Origin: Tubiluchus corallicola
Taxonomy: Eukaryota; Animalia; Priapulida
Direction of reading: 5' to 3'
Length of the DNA stretch: 38,461 bases
Assembly: GCA_030141605.1 (NCBI GenBank)
Contig: JAQGDQ010001487.1
Location: 1-38,461 of the forward strand
Shown here: positions 1 through 11,199 of the stretch, one piece after another
How the letters are laid out: every line of letters begins with the position of its first letter
How positions within the stretch are numbered: the first letter of the stretch is position 1
Translations under genes and position numbers: made by a program
The notes under the pieces: generated by a model
Told to the model about the DNA's origin: nothing
Seen by the model: only the letters and a program-made list of their open reading frames with translations
Database searches by the model: none

Positions 1-76
1 CGTTGCTTTCCATTACTGCACAGTAGTTTGTTTGCTGACGCATTTGCCTTTGTGAGTGTAGCTTTTATTAGCTAAC

Positions 77-143
77 ACTGATTGGTTATCTCTGTAAAGT
101 TTTTATCAGTGATTGTTAATGTATTTTAATGGCAAATAAAGAT

Positions 144-185
<42 letters not shown>

Positions 186-252
186 ATCTTTATTTGCCAT
201 TAAAATACATTAACAATCACTGATAAAAACTTTACAGAGATAACCAATCAGT
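77..252. repeat. 176-bp perfect palindrome centred on (TA)n
   Basis: 77-148 (ACTGATTGGTTATC...GATTATTA) is the reverse complement of 181-252 (TAATAATC...GATAACCAATCAGT); the centre is self-complementary (TA)n. Confidence 0.95.
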
Positions 253-631
253 TATATATATAATTGAATTGAACTGCAAATGATTTCAAGATCGTGTGTT
301 TGTTTAGACAATTTATATGTATAAATTGCAGTTGGTTTTATTCAATACAGCTTTTGTTTACAACTTCTCTGGCCACTGCCTTTTGGCAACAGAACAAAAC
401 ATCGCTATGTCATCCATTGGTTACTATGATCAGTGACTTGTTGCCTGGAAACTAACACAAAAGATTGATTTGTCATTGATGGCCAGAAGATAAAGACAGA
501 CGACAAAGGTTCTTACCTTTTGTCACAGACATTTTGAGCATTCACCCAGTTTCGCTACTCATGCTGCTTGAGCAATTCAATTCTACTCTCAACAAGACAG
601 TCGACATACCAAACCAAGAATATTTGCAACC

Positions 632-1939
632 ATGATCAGGTACTTTGTATGTTTAATAGCTGCAATAGGTTCAGCGACATGTTTTCGATATCAGAAGCAA
701 GAAGCGAACAAGGTTATCAGAGAATGTATGCTTGAAACGGCTAATCTCGTCAGCGAAGTGAAATGTGCTCACTTGTGTTCAATGAGAGGTTCAACTTGTG
801 TTGGTTTCAATGTTGGACCAGCAGCTGAGGGCGTTACCTGTGAGCTCAGTGCTTGTGGTGTGGATGACAAAACTCCAACAACGGTCAACAATTTTGACTA
901 CTACGAGAAAGGTAAATAAACAATTAATTAACCTTTTATGACGTAATTTTGCCTCGTTAAATAGTTCTTATACCCTCTTGGAAAGACGGAATATCACACA
1001 AATTTTCACTAGAAAATCACTCACAAAGAAATATATCACTCCATTAACACTTGCCTATCAAGTAGATTTAAAATCATCCAAAATGATTTCTTTTTGTAGT
1101 TGACAGCAGAATAGTGGTGACATAAAACTTGCAATTGCAATAAAATCCACAATGATATTACAATGACCATGGAAATGATAATGATAATGATAATGACAGT
1201 AACCATGACAATGACAATAAAGGTAGTGACAATAGCAAGGGTAACAAAAGTTACACTGAACATGACACTGACGTGATGATGACACAGATGATGATGACAA
1301 TGATATAAAAATGGCGATGCGACGACGACGACGATGATGATGATGATGATACGACGACGACGATCACGATGATAATGATGACAACGACGACGACGACGAC
1401 GACGATGCTGATGATGACGATGACGACGACGATGATGATGACGATGAAGATGATGAAAACACGGCATAGTTAGTGATATTTGTCAACTGTGATATTAGTA
1501 CACTGATCAATCATTGACATTTTCTCTTCTCTCTGCAGTTAACAGTGGAAGATGCCCGGAGGAGTTTGAAGAATTTAGAGGAACCTGCTACTTCTTTAGT
1601 TCTTATACGACGACTGATTGGGGCACTGCACGTGAAGAGTGCATTAGCAAAGGGGCAGATCTTGTAAGCGTTGAGTCACAGGCAGAATTCACATACTTGA
1701 ATGGCAGGATCACAGATCTTGGTAATTGGTTCTGGACGAGTGGAAGCGATGATTCTGAAGAAGGAACATGGGTTTGGGAAGCCACAGGAAGATTGGCTAA
1801 TGAGTTCAACCCCATTGCATGGGGTCTGGCTCAACCGAACAACCTTCTCGTGGAGAACTACATGTTATTTCTACCAGGTGGATATCACGATGTCGTGCAT
1901 GGTCAAAATTGGCGTTTCATTTGTGAGACAACACTGTAA
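632..1939 (+). CDS. Secreted PAN/Apple + C-type lectin protein, copy 1; join(632..911,1539..1939), 226 aa
   Basis: ATG at 632 with a hydrophobic signal-like N-terminus and a PAN-like pattern (CAHLC...CVGFN...CEL...YYEK). Donor AAG|GTAAAT at 911/912; pyrimidine-rich acceptor TTTCTCTTCTCTCTGCAG| at 1538/1539. The phase-1 join gives in-frame GTT. Exon 2 has CTLD hallmarks (CP..F..F.G.CYFF, W..A...C, LVSVES..E, FWTSG, EG.W.W, QPN, FICE). Confidence 0.9.
1170..1456. repeat. Intronic GAT/GAC/AAT trinucleotide low-complexity tract (also ~6370-6662, ~9234-9522, ~12870-13148)
   Basis: Visible compound microsatellite in the intron of every lectin copy, with length differences between copies. Confidence 0.9.
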
Positions 1940-2188
1940 AGAGATCTCAGCACATTTACCATGTTTATTTGTTTTTCATGGGGTGTAATTTAGTTTTAGT
2001 GTGTTACATAGTATTCTTGTGAGGCAAAATCACTTGCAATATAACCCTAACATGACAAAAATTATGTCAACTTTCACTCATGTAATAATTGTCATAAGTG
2101 TAATAAGGGGTCATGTTTTAAGAATCAAATATGAAATTTTAAATTTATTTTTAAGAAAAACATTACGAGACTTATAATATATGCATAT

Positions 2189-2541
2189 TGTAACGGATCC
2201 GGGTCCTTTTCAGGCGCCGATCCGTCTCCTCAGAATGTATCGAGCGGCATACAAGTTATGAAAGTATTACAGCAGACGAGAAAAGTAAAAAGAGTACGAA
2301 TACGAGTGTAAATTTAACTTTATTGCACAACCGGTAACTCCAAAAGAATGACATGTGAACAGACTTTGTATAAAAAAATCAGCAAACCTACAGCAATCAC
2401 CTTTACAGACAGAAAGGCCAGGTTGGAATCGTCAAATTACGGCATGCATTCTGTTTTATACAGGTACATTTGCATTACTGGGCTTCTCGACTATACCCAT
2501 TACTAACATTATGGGGTTAGTCAAAACCCGTCTTCGTAACA
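2189..2541 (-). repeat. 3' LTR (353 bp)
   Basis: Appears identical to 3950-4302. On the minus strand, TATAAAA (2454-2460) precedes AATAAA (2319-2324); adjacent to the PPT. Confidence 0.92.
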
Positions 2542-2554
2542 CTACCCCCTCCTC
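2542..2554 (-). other. Polypurine tract GAGGAGGGGGTAG
   Basis: Purine run immediately abutting the 3' LTR on the minus strand. Confidence 0.85.
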
Positions 2555-3005
2555 AATTTCCATTTGTCCACAAATGGGTTACAGCAAATGCAAATGCAAT
2601 TAAATTTTACTCTAGTTGAACCCAACAAAAGTCATTCAAAGTTGAGCAAATCAGTTTAACAAAATAATCAAAATTGTAAACAGCACTAGTACAAATATGT
2701 AAAAACCCGGCTTTAGCAAATCTATCCAGGTTTATGACAGCATAAAACTGAAAACGGTGAGTTGATAATCCTTTTTCCTGTGGGAACAGATCAATGATCC
2801 ACTTCTTGTGAGTGCAGTGTAGCGCCATCTAGCGAGACTGTCCCAAAAAACAATACAGTCAGTCTTTAAACAGAAACCAGTCTTTGCACATCACGCTATC
2901 GGCAAAACAGGCCTTGAAACGAAAAAGCATTCTACTAGTTACTTCCGAGGCACTGAGACAACCTCTATGATGTGGTACATTGTGAACAGTCTATAGAAGT
3001 TCTCC

Positions 3006-3106
3006 TGGGGCGTCGGTAGGGATTCGAACCATCTGTCTGCCCGGTGAAATAAAGTAGTTGCGATACTTGCGAAGGTGTAGGGTACTCCAGCCATGTGCTA
3101 CAACGG
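3006..3106 (-). other. Degenerate tRNA-like segment (A-box-like, B box, encoded CCA) inside the LTR element
   Basis: Minus strand reads CCGTTG TAGCACATGGCTGGAGTAC ... GG TTCGAAT CCCTA CCGACGC C CCA. Spacing from T-loop to CCA is canonical and a 5-bp acceptor helix CGTTG/CGACG is possible, but there is no good anticodon arm. Confidence 0.45.
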
Positions 3107-3491
3107 TATTGTACTCCTAGCCATAAACATGTCTTTGGCGGTACTCCATAATAGACTCGTGTCCGTCATAATAGACTCGTGTAGCAATCGAAGTTTCGAA
3201 CTGGCTTCCCTGAGTGAACGAAATAGGCATACTGACAAGCTTACTGCAACAGACTCGGCAAGAGGAATAAAGACGAAACAAATTTACAAACAAGGTACTG
3301 CTGTACAACAACAACAGCAAAGTAGAGAAAAACGATTAAACTTTTAAACTGCTTCAACGTTCTGGCTTCGCAAAAGCTACCGAAAACCGGTTCAACTTTG
3401 CAGTGACGTACAGTTAAAATGACGAGCATCAAGTGTTCACAACTGCATAATCTTAGCTAGCTGAACACAACAGAGCCCCATGTTGAAAAGC

Positions 3492-3632
3492 GTGTTCTGG
3501 CAACCTAGCCATTACGGAACACTAAACTACCATTTAAAAACAGTGTTCTGGCATCCTAGCCATTACGGAACACTAAACTACCATTTAAAAACAGTGTTCT
3601 GGCAACCTAGCCATTACGGAACACTAAACTAC
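3492..3632. repeat. 51-bp tandem repeat (~2.8 copies), each unit a nested hairpin
   Basis: Units start at 3492, 3543 and 3594; GTGTTC...GAACAC encloses TGGC...GCCA. Confidence 0.85.
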
Positions 3633-3929
3633 GGTGACTCGCTATACATGCAAAGTCACAAAATGGCTGTACGTCTCCTATTCCTAAATACAGGCTAATA
3701 TCGCCTCATTGGGAACTCGATAAAAACATAGAACTGTTTAAGCTAAGGCCGATGCTGCCTGTCGCATAAAGGCCGTTCAATTGCCTTTCAACATAAAAGG
3801 TAAAAACACGAAACTGTCTACAAAAACACAAAAAACACGCCGAGTAGTACAGACAAGCTGTCTGCCTAAAGCAAAATGCAGCACTCACCAAACCCAATAA
3901 TGTCGATCCATTCCAGGCGGCAATTTCGG

Positions 3930-3948
3930 ATCCCACTTACGTGCACCA
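3930..3948 (-). other. Primer binding site TGGTGCACGTAAGTGGGAT (tRNA-Leu-like, imperfect)
   Basis: Lies 1 nt from the LTR and starts TGG. Resembles the complement of a tRNA-Leu 3' end (TGGTGTCAGAAGTGGGAT, recalled rather than searched). Confidence 0.7.
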
Positions 3949-3949
3949 G

Positions 3950-4302
3950 TGTAACGGATCCGGGTCCTTTTCAGGCGCCGATCCGTCTCCTCAGAATGTA
4001 TCGAGCGGCATACAAGTTATGAAAGTATTACAGCAGACGAGAAAAGTAAAAAGAGTACGAATACGAGTGTAAATTTAACTTTATTGCACAACCGGTAACT
4101 CCAAAAGAATGACATGTGAACAGACTTTGTATAAAAAAATCAGCAAACCTACAGCAATCACCTTTACAGACAGAAAGGCCAGGTTGGAATCGTCAAATTA
4201 CGGCATGCATTCTGTTTTATACAGGTACATTTGCATTACTGGGCTTCTCGACTATACCCATTACTAACATTATGGGGTTAGTCAAAACCCGTCTTCGTAA
4301 CA
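3950..4302 (-). repeat. 5' LTR (353 bp)
   Basis: Appears identical to 2189-2541; followed on the minus strand, after 1 nt, by a PBS starting TGG. Confidence 0.92.
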
Positions 4303-5017
4303 ATATTATATATACAAATATAAATTTTAGTATATCTTAGAATAATAATTGAAGGCGACTGGGCTAAAAGTTAGTTAATCACTGAATGAATATCAGAAAG
4401 TGTTTGGTTCTTCAAAGCGTTTGATGCCTTTTGGCTGGTACTTGTAATTGTAACATCCATTTAGCGTTGCATTTTAAGAGCTAATTAAATCAATTAAAAA
4501 CTGTTTTATTTTAAATTTTTGTCTTGTCACTATACACCAGCCACGCATAGCCTGACCAAACATTTGATTAGGTTTAGTTTATTTGCCTCATTCTGTATAC
4601 ATAACTTAACCATATGCAATTCACTATAATTATTGTTGAGAAGGTGTGGCGAATGACTTCATGATACGTTACCTTTTCTAGACAAGGTAGCTAGTGTATT
4701 TATCTGCTGCCAGAGCCCTCTAAGGTAAACTATAATAATGATGAACAAGGCACATACACTTAATACACTTATGTACCAAGTACAAGGTACTTTTGTACTA
4801 AGTGAGTAAGAAGACATGAGTGTGCTAAGTGTCTACATTCATGTCTACACTTTTCACACCAGACCTTCACGTTTTGCATGCTTTGTCGTCTCTGGACAAT
4901 TTTCAGGATTTCCATTGCAAGGTTTGGGTATGTCCAGCATGAGTGCATAAGCGCGTACAGTTTCCTGTAAGTAGCATGTGATTGCCTTGGCTTAATACTT
5001 CCTTTGGGCGGTAAAAC

Positions 5018-5290
5018 TTTTAGGTGGCTGCTTGGGTCGACTTGCGTGTCTGCTTAGGCTGACTTAGGTACTTGCTTAGGCTGACTTGGGTGACTTTTTG
5101 GTTGGCTGACTCAAGTAGTTGCTTAGGCTGGCTTAGGTGTCTGCTTAGGGTGACTTGGGTGGCTGCTTAGGCTGAGTTGGGTGTCTGCTTAGGCTGACTT
5201 GGGTGGCTGCTTGGCCTGACTTGGGTGGCTGCTTGGCCTGACTTGGGTGCCTGCTTAGGGTGACTTAGTTGGCTGCTTAGGCTGACTTAT
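5018..5290. repeat. GC-rich 11/22-bp minisatellite (CTGCTTAGGCTGACTTGGGTGG)
   Basis: Repeated 22-mer built from two related 11-mers. Confidence 0.85.
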
Positions 5291-5827
5291 GTTGCTGGTT
5301 ATATGACCTCTGGTTTTTCGTCACCCTGTGTTTAGTTTCATTTACTACTCAGTGTTTTTGTAAACATCTTTATTATGCAAGAAAAAAGGACAAATGAATT
5401 TATTGAATTGAATTGAAATGAAATGAATTGAACTGAATTGAAATAAAATGATTGAATTGAATTGAACTGTAAATGATTTCAAGATCGTGTGTTTGTTTAG
5501 ACCATTTATATGAAATAAATAAATTACAGTTGGTTTTATTCAATATGGCTTTGTTTACAACTTCTCTGGCCACTGCCGTTCGGCAGCAGAACAAAACATC
5601 GCTATGTCATCCATTGGTTACTATGGTCAGTGACTTGTTGCCTGGAAACTAACACAAAAGATTGATTTGTCATTGATGGCCAGAACACAAAGACAGACGA
5701 CAAAGGTTCTTACCTTTGTCAAAGACATTTTGAGCATTCACCCAGTTTCGCTACTCATGCTGCTTGAGCAATTCAATTCTACTCTCAACAAGACAGTCGA
5801 CATACCAATCCAAGAATATTTGCAACC

Positions 5828-7145
5828 ATGATCAGGTACTTGGTATGTTTAATAGCCGCAATAGGTTCAGCGACTTGTTTTCGATATCAGAAGCAAGAAG
5901 CGAACAAGGTTATCAGAGAATGTATGCTTGAAACGGTTAATCTCGTCAGTGAAGTGAAATGTGCTAACTTGTGTTCAATGAGAGGTTCAACTTGTGTTGG
6001 TTTCAATGTTGGACCAGCAGCTGAGGGCGTTACCTGTGAGCTCAGTGCTTGTGGTGTGGATGACAAAACTCCAACAACGGTCAACAATTTTGACTACTAC
6101 GAGAAAGGTAAATAAACAATTAATTAACCTTTTATGACGTAATTTTGCCTCGTTAAATAGTTCTTATACCCTCTTGGAAAGACGGAATATCACACAAATT
6201 TTCACTAGAAAATCACTCACAAAGAAATATATCACTCCATTAACACTTGCCTATCAAGTAGATTTAAAATGATCCAAAATGATTTCTTTTTGCAGTTGAC
6301 AGCGGAATGGTGGTGACAATAAAACTTGCAATTGCAATAAAATCCACAATGACATTACAATGGCCGTGGAAATGATAATGATAATGATAATGATAATGAC
6401 AATAACCATGACAATGACAATAAAGGTAGTGACTATAGCAAGGGTAACAAAAGTTACACTGAACATGATACTGACGTGATGATGACACAGATGATGACGA
6501 CAATGATATAAAAATGGCGATGCGACGACGACGACGATGATGATGATGATGATGATACGACGACGACGATCACGATGATAATGATGACAACGACGACGAC
6601 GACGACGACGATGCTGATGATGACGATGACGACGACGATGATGATGACGATGAAGATGATGAAAACACGGCATAGTTAGTGATATTTGTCACCTGTGATA
6701 TTAGTACACTGATCAATCATTGACATTTTCTCTTCTCTCTGCAGTTAACAGTGGAAGATGCCCGGAGGAGTTTGAAGAATTTAGAGGAACCTGCTACTTC
6801 TTTAGTTCTTATACGACGACTGATTGGGGCACTGCACGTGAAGAGTGCATTAGCAAAGGGGCAGATCTTGTAAGCGTTGAGTCACAGGCAGAATTCACAT
6901 ACTTGAATGGCAGGATCACAGATCTTGGTAGTTGGTTCTGGACGAGTGGAAGCGATGATTCTGAAGAAGGAACATGGGTTTGGGAAGCCACAGGAAGATT
7001 GGCTAATGAGTTCAACCCCATTGCATGGGGTCTGGCTCAACCGAACAACCTTCTCGTGGAGAACTACATGTTATTTCTACCAGGTGGATATCACGATGTC
7101 GGGCATGGTCAAAATTGGCGTTTCATTTGTGAGACAACACTGTAA
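5828..7145 (+). CDS. Secreted PAN/Apple + C-type lectin protein, copy 2; join(5828..6107,6745..7145), 226 aa
   Basis: Near-identical paralog of copy 1 with the same splice sites and an intact frame; QPN motif. Confidence 0.9.
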
Positions 7146-7987
7146 AGAGATCTAAGCACATTTACCATGTTTATTTGTTTTTCATGGGGTGTAATTTAGT
7201 TTTAGTGTGTTACATAGTATTCTTGTGAGGCAAAATCACTTGCAATATAACCCTAACATGACAAAAATTATGTCAACTTTCACTCATGTAATAATTGTCA
7301 TAAGTGTAATAAGGGGTCATGTTTTAAGAATCAAATATGAAATTTTAAATTTATTTTTAAGAAAAACATTACCAGACTTATAATATATGCATATTATAAA
7401 TACAAATATAAATTTTAGTATATCTTAGAATAATAATTGAAGGCGACTGGGCTAAAAGTTAATTAATCACTGAATGAATATCAGAAAGTGTTTGGTTCTT
7501 CAAAGCGTTTGATGCCTTCTGGCTGGTACTTGTAATTGTAACATCCATTTAGCGTTGCATTTTAAGAGCAAACTAAATCAATTAAAAACAGTTTTATTTT
7601 AAATTTTTGTCTTGTCACTCACTATACACTAGCCACGCATAGCCTGACCAAACATTTGATTAGGTTTAGTTTATTTGTGTCATTCTGTATACATAACTTA
7701 ACCATATACAATTCACTATAATTATTGTTGAGAAGGTGTGGCGAATGACTTCATGATACGTTACCTTTTCTAGACAAGGTAGCTAGTGTATTTATCTGCT
7801 GCAGAACCCTCTAAGGTAAACTATAATAATGATGAACAAGGCACATACACTTATTACACTTATGTACTAAGTACAAGGTACTTTTGTACTAAGTGAGTAA
7901 GAAGACATGAGTGTGCTAAGTGTCTACATTCATGTCTACACTTTTCACACTAGACCTTCACGTTTTGCATGCTTTGTCTTCCAAGTT

Positions 7988-8150
7988 TGGCTGACTCAAG
8001 TAGCTGCTGAGGCTGAGTTAGGTGTCTGCTTAGGCTCACTTAGGTGTCTGCTTAGGCTCACTTGGGTGGCTGCTTAGGATGACTTGTTGTCTGCTTGGCC
8101 TGACTTGGGTGGCTGCTTAGGCTGACTTAGTTGGCTGCTTAGGCTGACTT
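7988..8150. repeat. GC-rich 11/22-bp minisatellite, spacer 2 (shorter)
   Basis: Same motif as 5018-5290. Confidence 0.85.
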
Positions 8151-8690
8151 ATGTTGCTGGTTATGTGACCTCTGGTTTTTCGTCACCCTGTGTTTAGTTT
8201 CATTTACTACTCAGTGTTTTTGTAAACATCTTTATTATGCAAGAAAAAAGGACAAATAAATTTATTGAATTGAATTGAAATGAAATGAATTGAACTGAAT
8301 TGAAATAAAATGATTGAATTGAATTGAACTGTAAATGATTTCAAGATCGTGTGTTTGTTTAGACCATTTATATGAAATAAATAAATTGCAGTTGGTTTTA
8401 TTCAATGCGGCTTTTGTTTACAACTTCTCTGGCCACTGCCTTTTGGCAACAGAACAAAACATCGCTATGTTATCCATTGGTTACTATGGTCAGTGACTTG
8501 TTGCCTGGAAACTAACACAAAAGATTGATTTGTCATTGATGGCCAGAAGATAAAGACAGACGACAAAGGTTCTTACCTTTGTCAAAGACATTTTCAAGAT
8601 TCACCCAGTTTTGCTACTCATGCTGCTTGAGCAATTCAATTCTACTCTCAACAAGACAGTCGACATACCAATCCAAGAATATTTGCAACC

Positions 8691-10005
8691 ATGATCAGGT
8701 ACTTGGTATGTTTAATAGCCGCAATAGGTTCAGCGACTTGTTTTCGATATCAGAAGCAAGAAGCAAACAAGGTTATCAGAGAATGTATGCTTGAAACGGT
8801 TAATCTCGTCAGTGAAGTGAAATGTGCTAACTTGTGTTCAATGAGAGGTTCAACTTGTGTTGGTTTCAATGTTGGACCAGCAGCTGAGGGCGTTACCTGT
8901 GAGCTCAGTGCTTGTGGTGTGGATGACAAAACTCCAACAACGGTCAACAATTTTGACTACTACGAGAAAGGTAAATAAACAATTAATTAACCTTTTATGA
9001 CGTAATTTTGCCTCGTTAAATAGTTCTTATACCCTCTTGGAAAGACGGAATATCACACAAATTTTCACTAGAAAATCACTCACAAAGAAATATATCACTC
9101 CATTAACACTTGCCTATCAAGTAGATTTAAAATGATCCAAAATGATTTCTTTTTGCAGTTGACAGCGGAATGGTGGTGACAATAAAACTTGCAATTGCAA
9201 TAAAATCCACAATGACATTACAATGGCCGTGGAAATGATAATGATAATGATAATGATAATGACAATAACCATGACAATGACAATAAAGGTAGTGACTATA
9301 GCAAGGGTAACAAAAGTTACACTGAACATGATACTGACGTGATGATGACACAGATGATGACGACAATGATATAAAAATGGCGATGCGACGACGACGACGA
9401 TGATGATGATGATGATACGACGACGACGATCACGATGATAATGATGACAACGACGACGACGACGACGACGATGCTGATGATGATGATGACGACGACGATG
9501 ATGATGACGATGAAGATGATGAAAACACGGCATAGTTAGTGATATTTGTCAACTGTGATATTAGTACACTGATCAATCATTGACATTTTCTCTTCTCTCT
9601 GCAGTTAACAGTGGAAGATGCCCGGAGGAGTTTGAAGAATTTAGAGGAACCTGCTACTTCTTTAGTTCTTATACGACGACTGATTGGGGCACTGCACGTG
9701 AAGAGTGCATTAGCAAAGGGGCAGATCTTGTAAGCGTTGAGTCACAGGCAGAATTCTCATACTTGAATGGCAGGATCACAGATCTTGGTAGTTGGTTCTG
9801 GACGAGTGGAAGCGATGATTCTGAAGAAGGAACATGGGTTTGGGAAGCCACAGGAAGATTGGCTAATGAGTTCAACCCCATTGCATGGGGTCTGGCTCAA
9901 CCGAACAACCTTCTCGTGGAGAACTACATGTTATTTCTACCAGGTGGATATCACGATGTCGGGCATGGTCAAAATTGGCGTTTCATTTGTGAGACAACAC
10001 TGTAA
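8691..10005 (+). CDS. Secreted PAN/Apple + C-type lectin protein, copy 3; join(8691..8970,9605..10005), 226 aa
   Basis: Starts 2863 bp after copy 2 and differs from it by one visible residue (EFT to EFS); same splice sites. Confidence 0.9.
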
Positions 10006-10847
10006 AGAGATCTAAGCACATTTACCATGTTTATTTGTTTTTCATGGGGTGTAATTTAGTTTTAGTGTGTTACATAGTATTCTTGTGAGGCAAAATCACT
10101 TGCAATATAACCCTAACATGACAAAAATTATGTCAACTTTCACTCATGTAATAATTGTCATAAGTGTAATAAGGGGTCATGTTTTAAGAATCAAATATGA
10201 AATTTTAAATTTATTTTTAAGAAAAACATTACCAGACTTATAATATATGCATATTATAAATACAAATATAAATTTTAGTATATCTTAGAATAATAATTGA
10301 AGGCGACTGGGCCAAAAGTTAATTAATCACTGAATGAATATCAGAAAGTGTTTGGTTCTTCAAAGCGTTTGGTGCCTTTTGGCTGGTACTTGTAATTGTA
10401 ACATCCATTTAGCGTTGCATTTTAAGAGCTAATTAAATCAATTAAAAACAGTTTTATTTTAAATTTTTGTCTTGTCACTCACTATACACTAGCCACGCAT
10501 AGCCTGACCAAACATTTGATTAGGTTTAGTTTATTTGTGTCATTCTGTATACATAACTTAACCATATACAATTCACTATAATTATTGTTGAGAAGGTGTG
10601 GCGAATGACTTCATGATACGTTACCTTTTCTAGACAAGGTAGCTAGTGTATTTATCTGCTGCAGAACCCACTAAGGTAAACTATAATAATGATGAACAAG
10701 GCACATACACTTATTACACTTATGTACTAAGTACAAGGTACTTTTGTACTAAGTGAGTAAGAAGACATGAGTGTGCTAAGTGTCTACATTCATGTCTACA
10801 CTTTTCACACTAGACTTTCACGTTTTGCATGCTTTGTCGTCCAAGTT

Positions 10848-11100
10848 TGGCTGACTCAAGTAGCTGCTGAGGCTGAGTTAGGTGTCTGCTTAGGCTCACT
10901 TAGGTGTCTGCTTAGGCTGACTTGGGTGGCTGCTTAGGATGACTTGGGTGTCTGCTTAGGCTCACTTAGGTGTCTGCTTAGGCTGACTTGGGTGGCTGCT
11001 TAGGATGACTTGGGTGTCTGCTTAGGCTGACTTGGGTGGCTGCTTAGGCTGACTTGGGTGGCTGCTTAGGCTGACTTAGGTGTCTGCTTAGGCTGACTTA
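10848..11100. repeat. GC-rich 11/22-bp minisatellite, spacer 3 (expanded relative to spacer 2)
   Basis: Same motif, more units. Confidence 0.85.
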
Positions 11101-11199
11101 TGTGGCTGTTTATGTGACCTCTGGTCTTTCGTCACCCTGTGTTTAGTTTCATTTACTACTCTGTGTTTTTGTAAACTTCTTTGTTATGCAAGAAAAATT

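Larger units (their letters stand above)
2189..4302 (-). mobile_element. Non-autonomous LTR retrotransposon (TRIM/LARD-like; 4-bp TSD consistent with Ty3/Gypsy)
   Basis: Direct repeats at 2189-2541 and 3950-4302 (353 bp, TG...CA). ATAT on both sides, with empty sites (ATGCATATTATAAA) in the paralogous spacers near 7387 and 10247. Minus-strand PBS at 3930-3948 and PPT at 2542-2554. No gag/pol-sized ORF in the 1408-bp interior. Confidence 0.93.

Noticed and set aside
1036-1467. His/Arg/Ile/Ser-rich ORFs here and at 6254, 9117, 12752, 22793-24126, 25079-25425, 27085-28416
   Set aside because: These are translations of trinucleotide microsatellites; several lie antisense within the lectin introns.
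1514-1538. TTG-initiated standalone CTLD ORFs and standalone 95-aa exon 1 ORFs
   Set aside because: The TTG start lies in the polypyrimidine acceptor, and the GK* end of exon 1 is read-through of the donor; splicing joins the two in frame.
2189-2240. Hammerhead in the LTR (minus-strand CTGAGGA...GAAA)
   Set aside because: Stems I and II do not pair; the region is better explained by an ACGGATC/GATCCGT terminal hairpin.
2355-2603. 82-aa and 74-aa duplicated ORFs (also 4116-4340)
   Set aside because: They are GTG-started frames inside the LTRs, duplicated only because the LTRs are.
5018-5290. Nematode-type TTAGGC telomere repeats
   Set aside because: TTAGGC occurs only inside an 11/22-bp unit, not as tandem hexamers.
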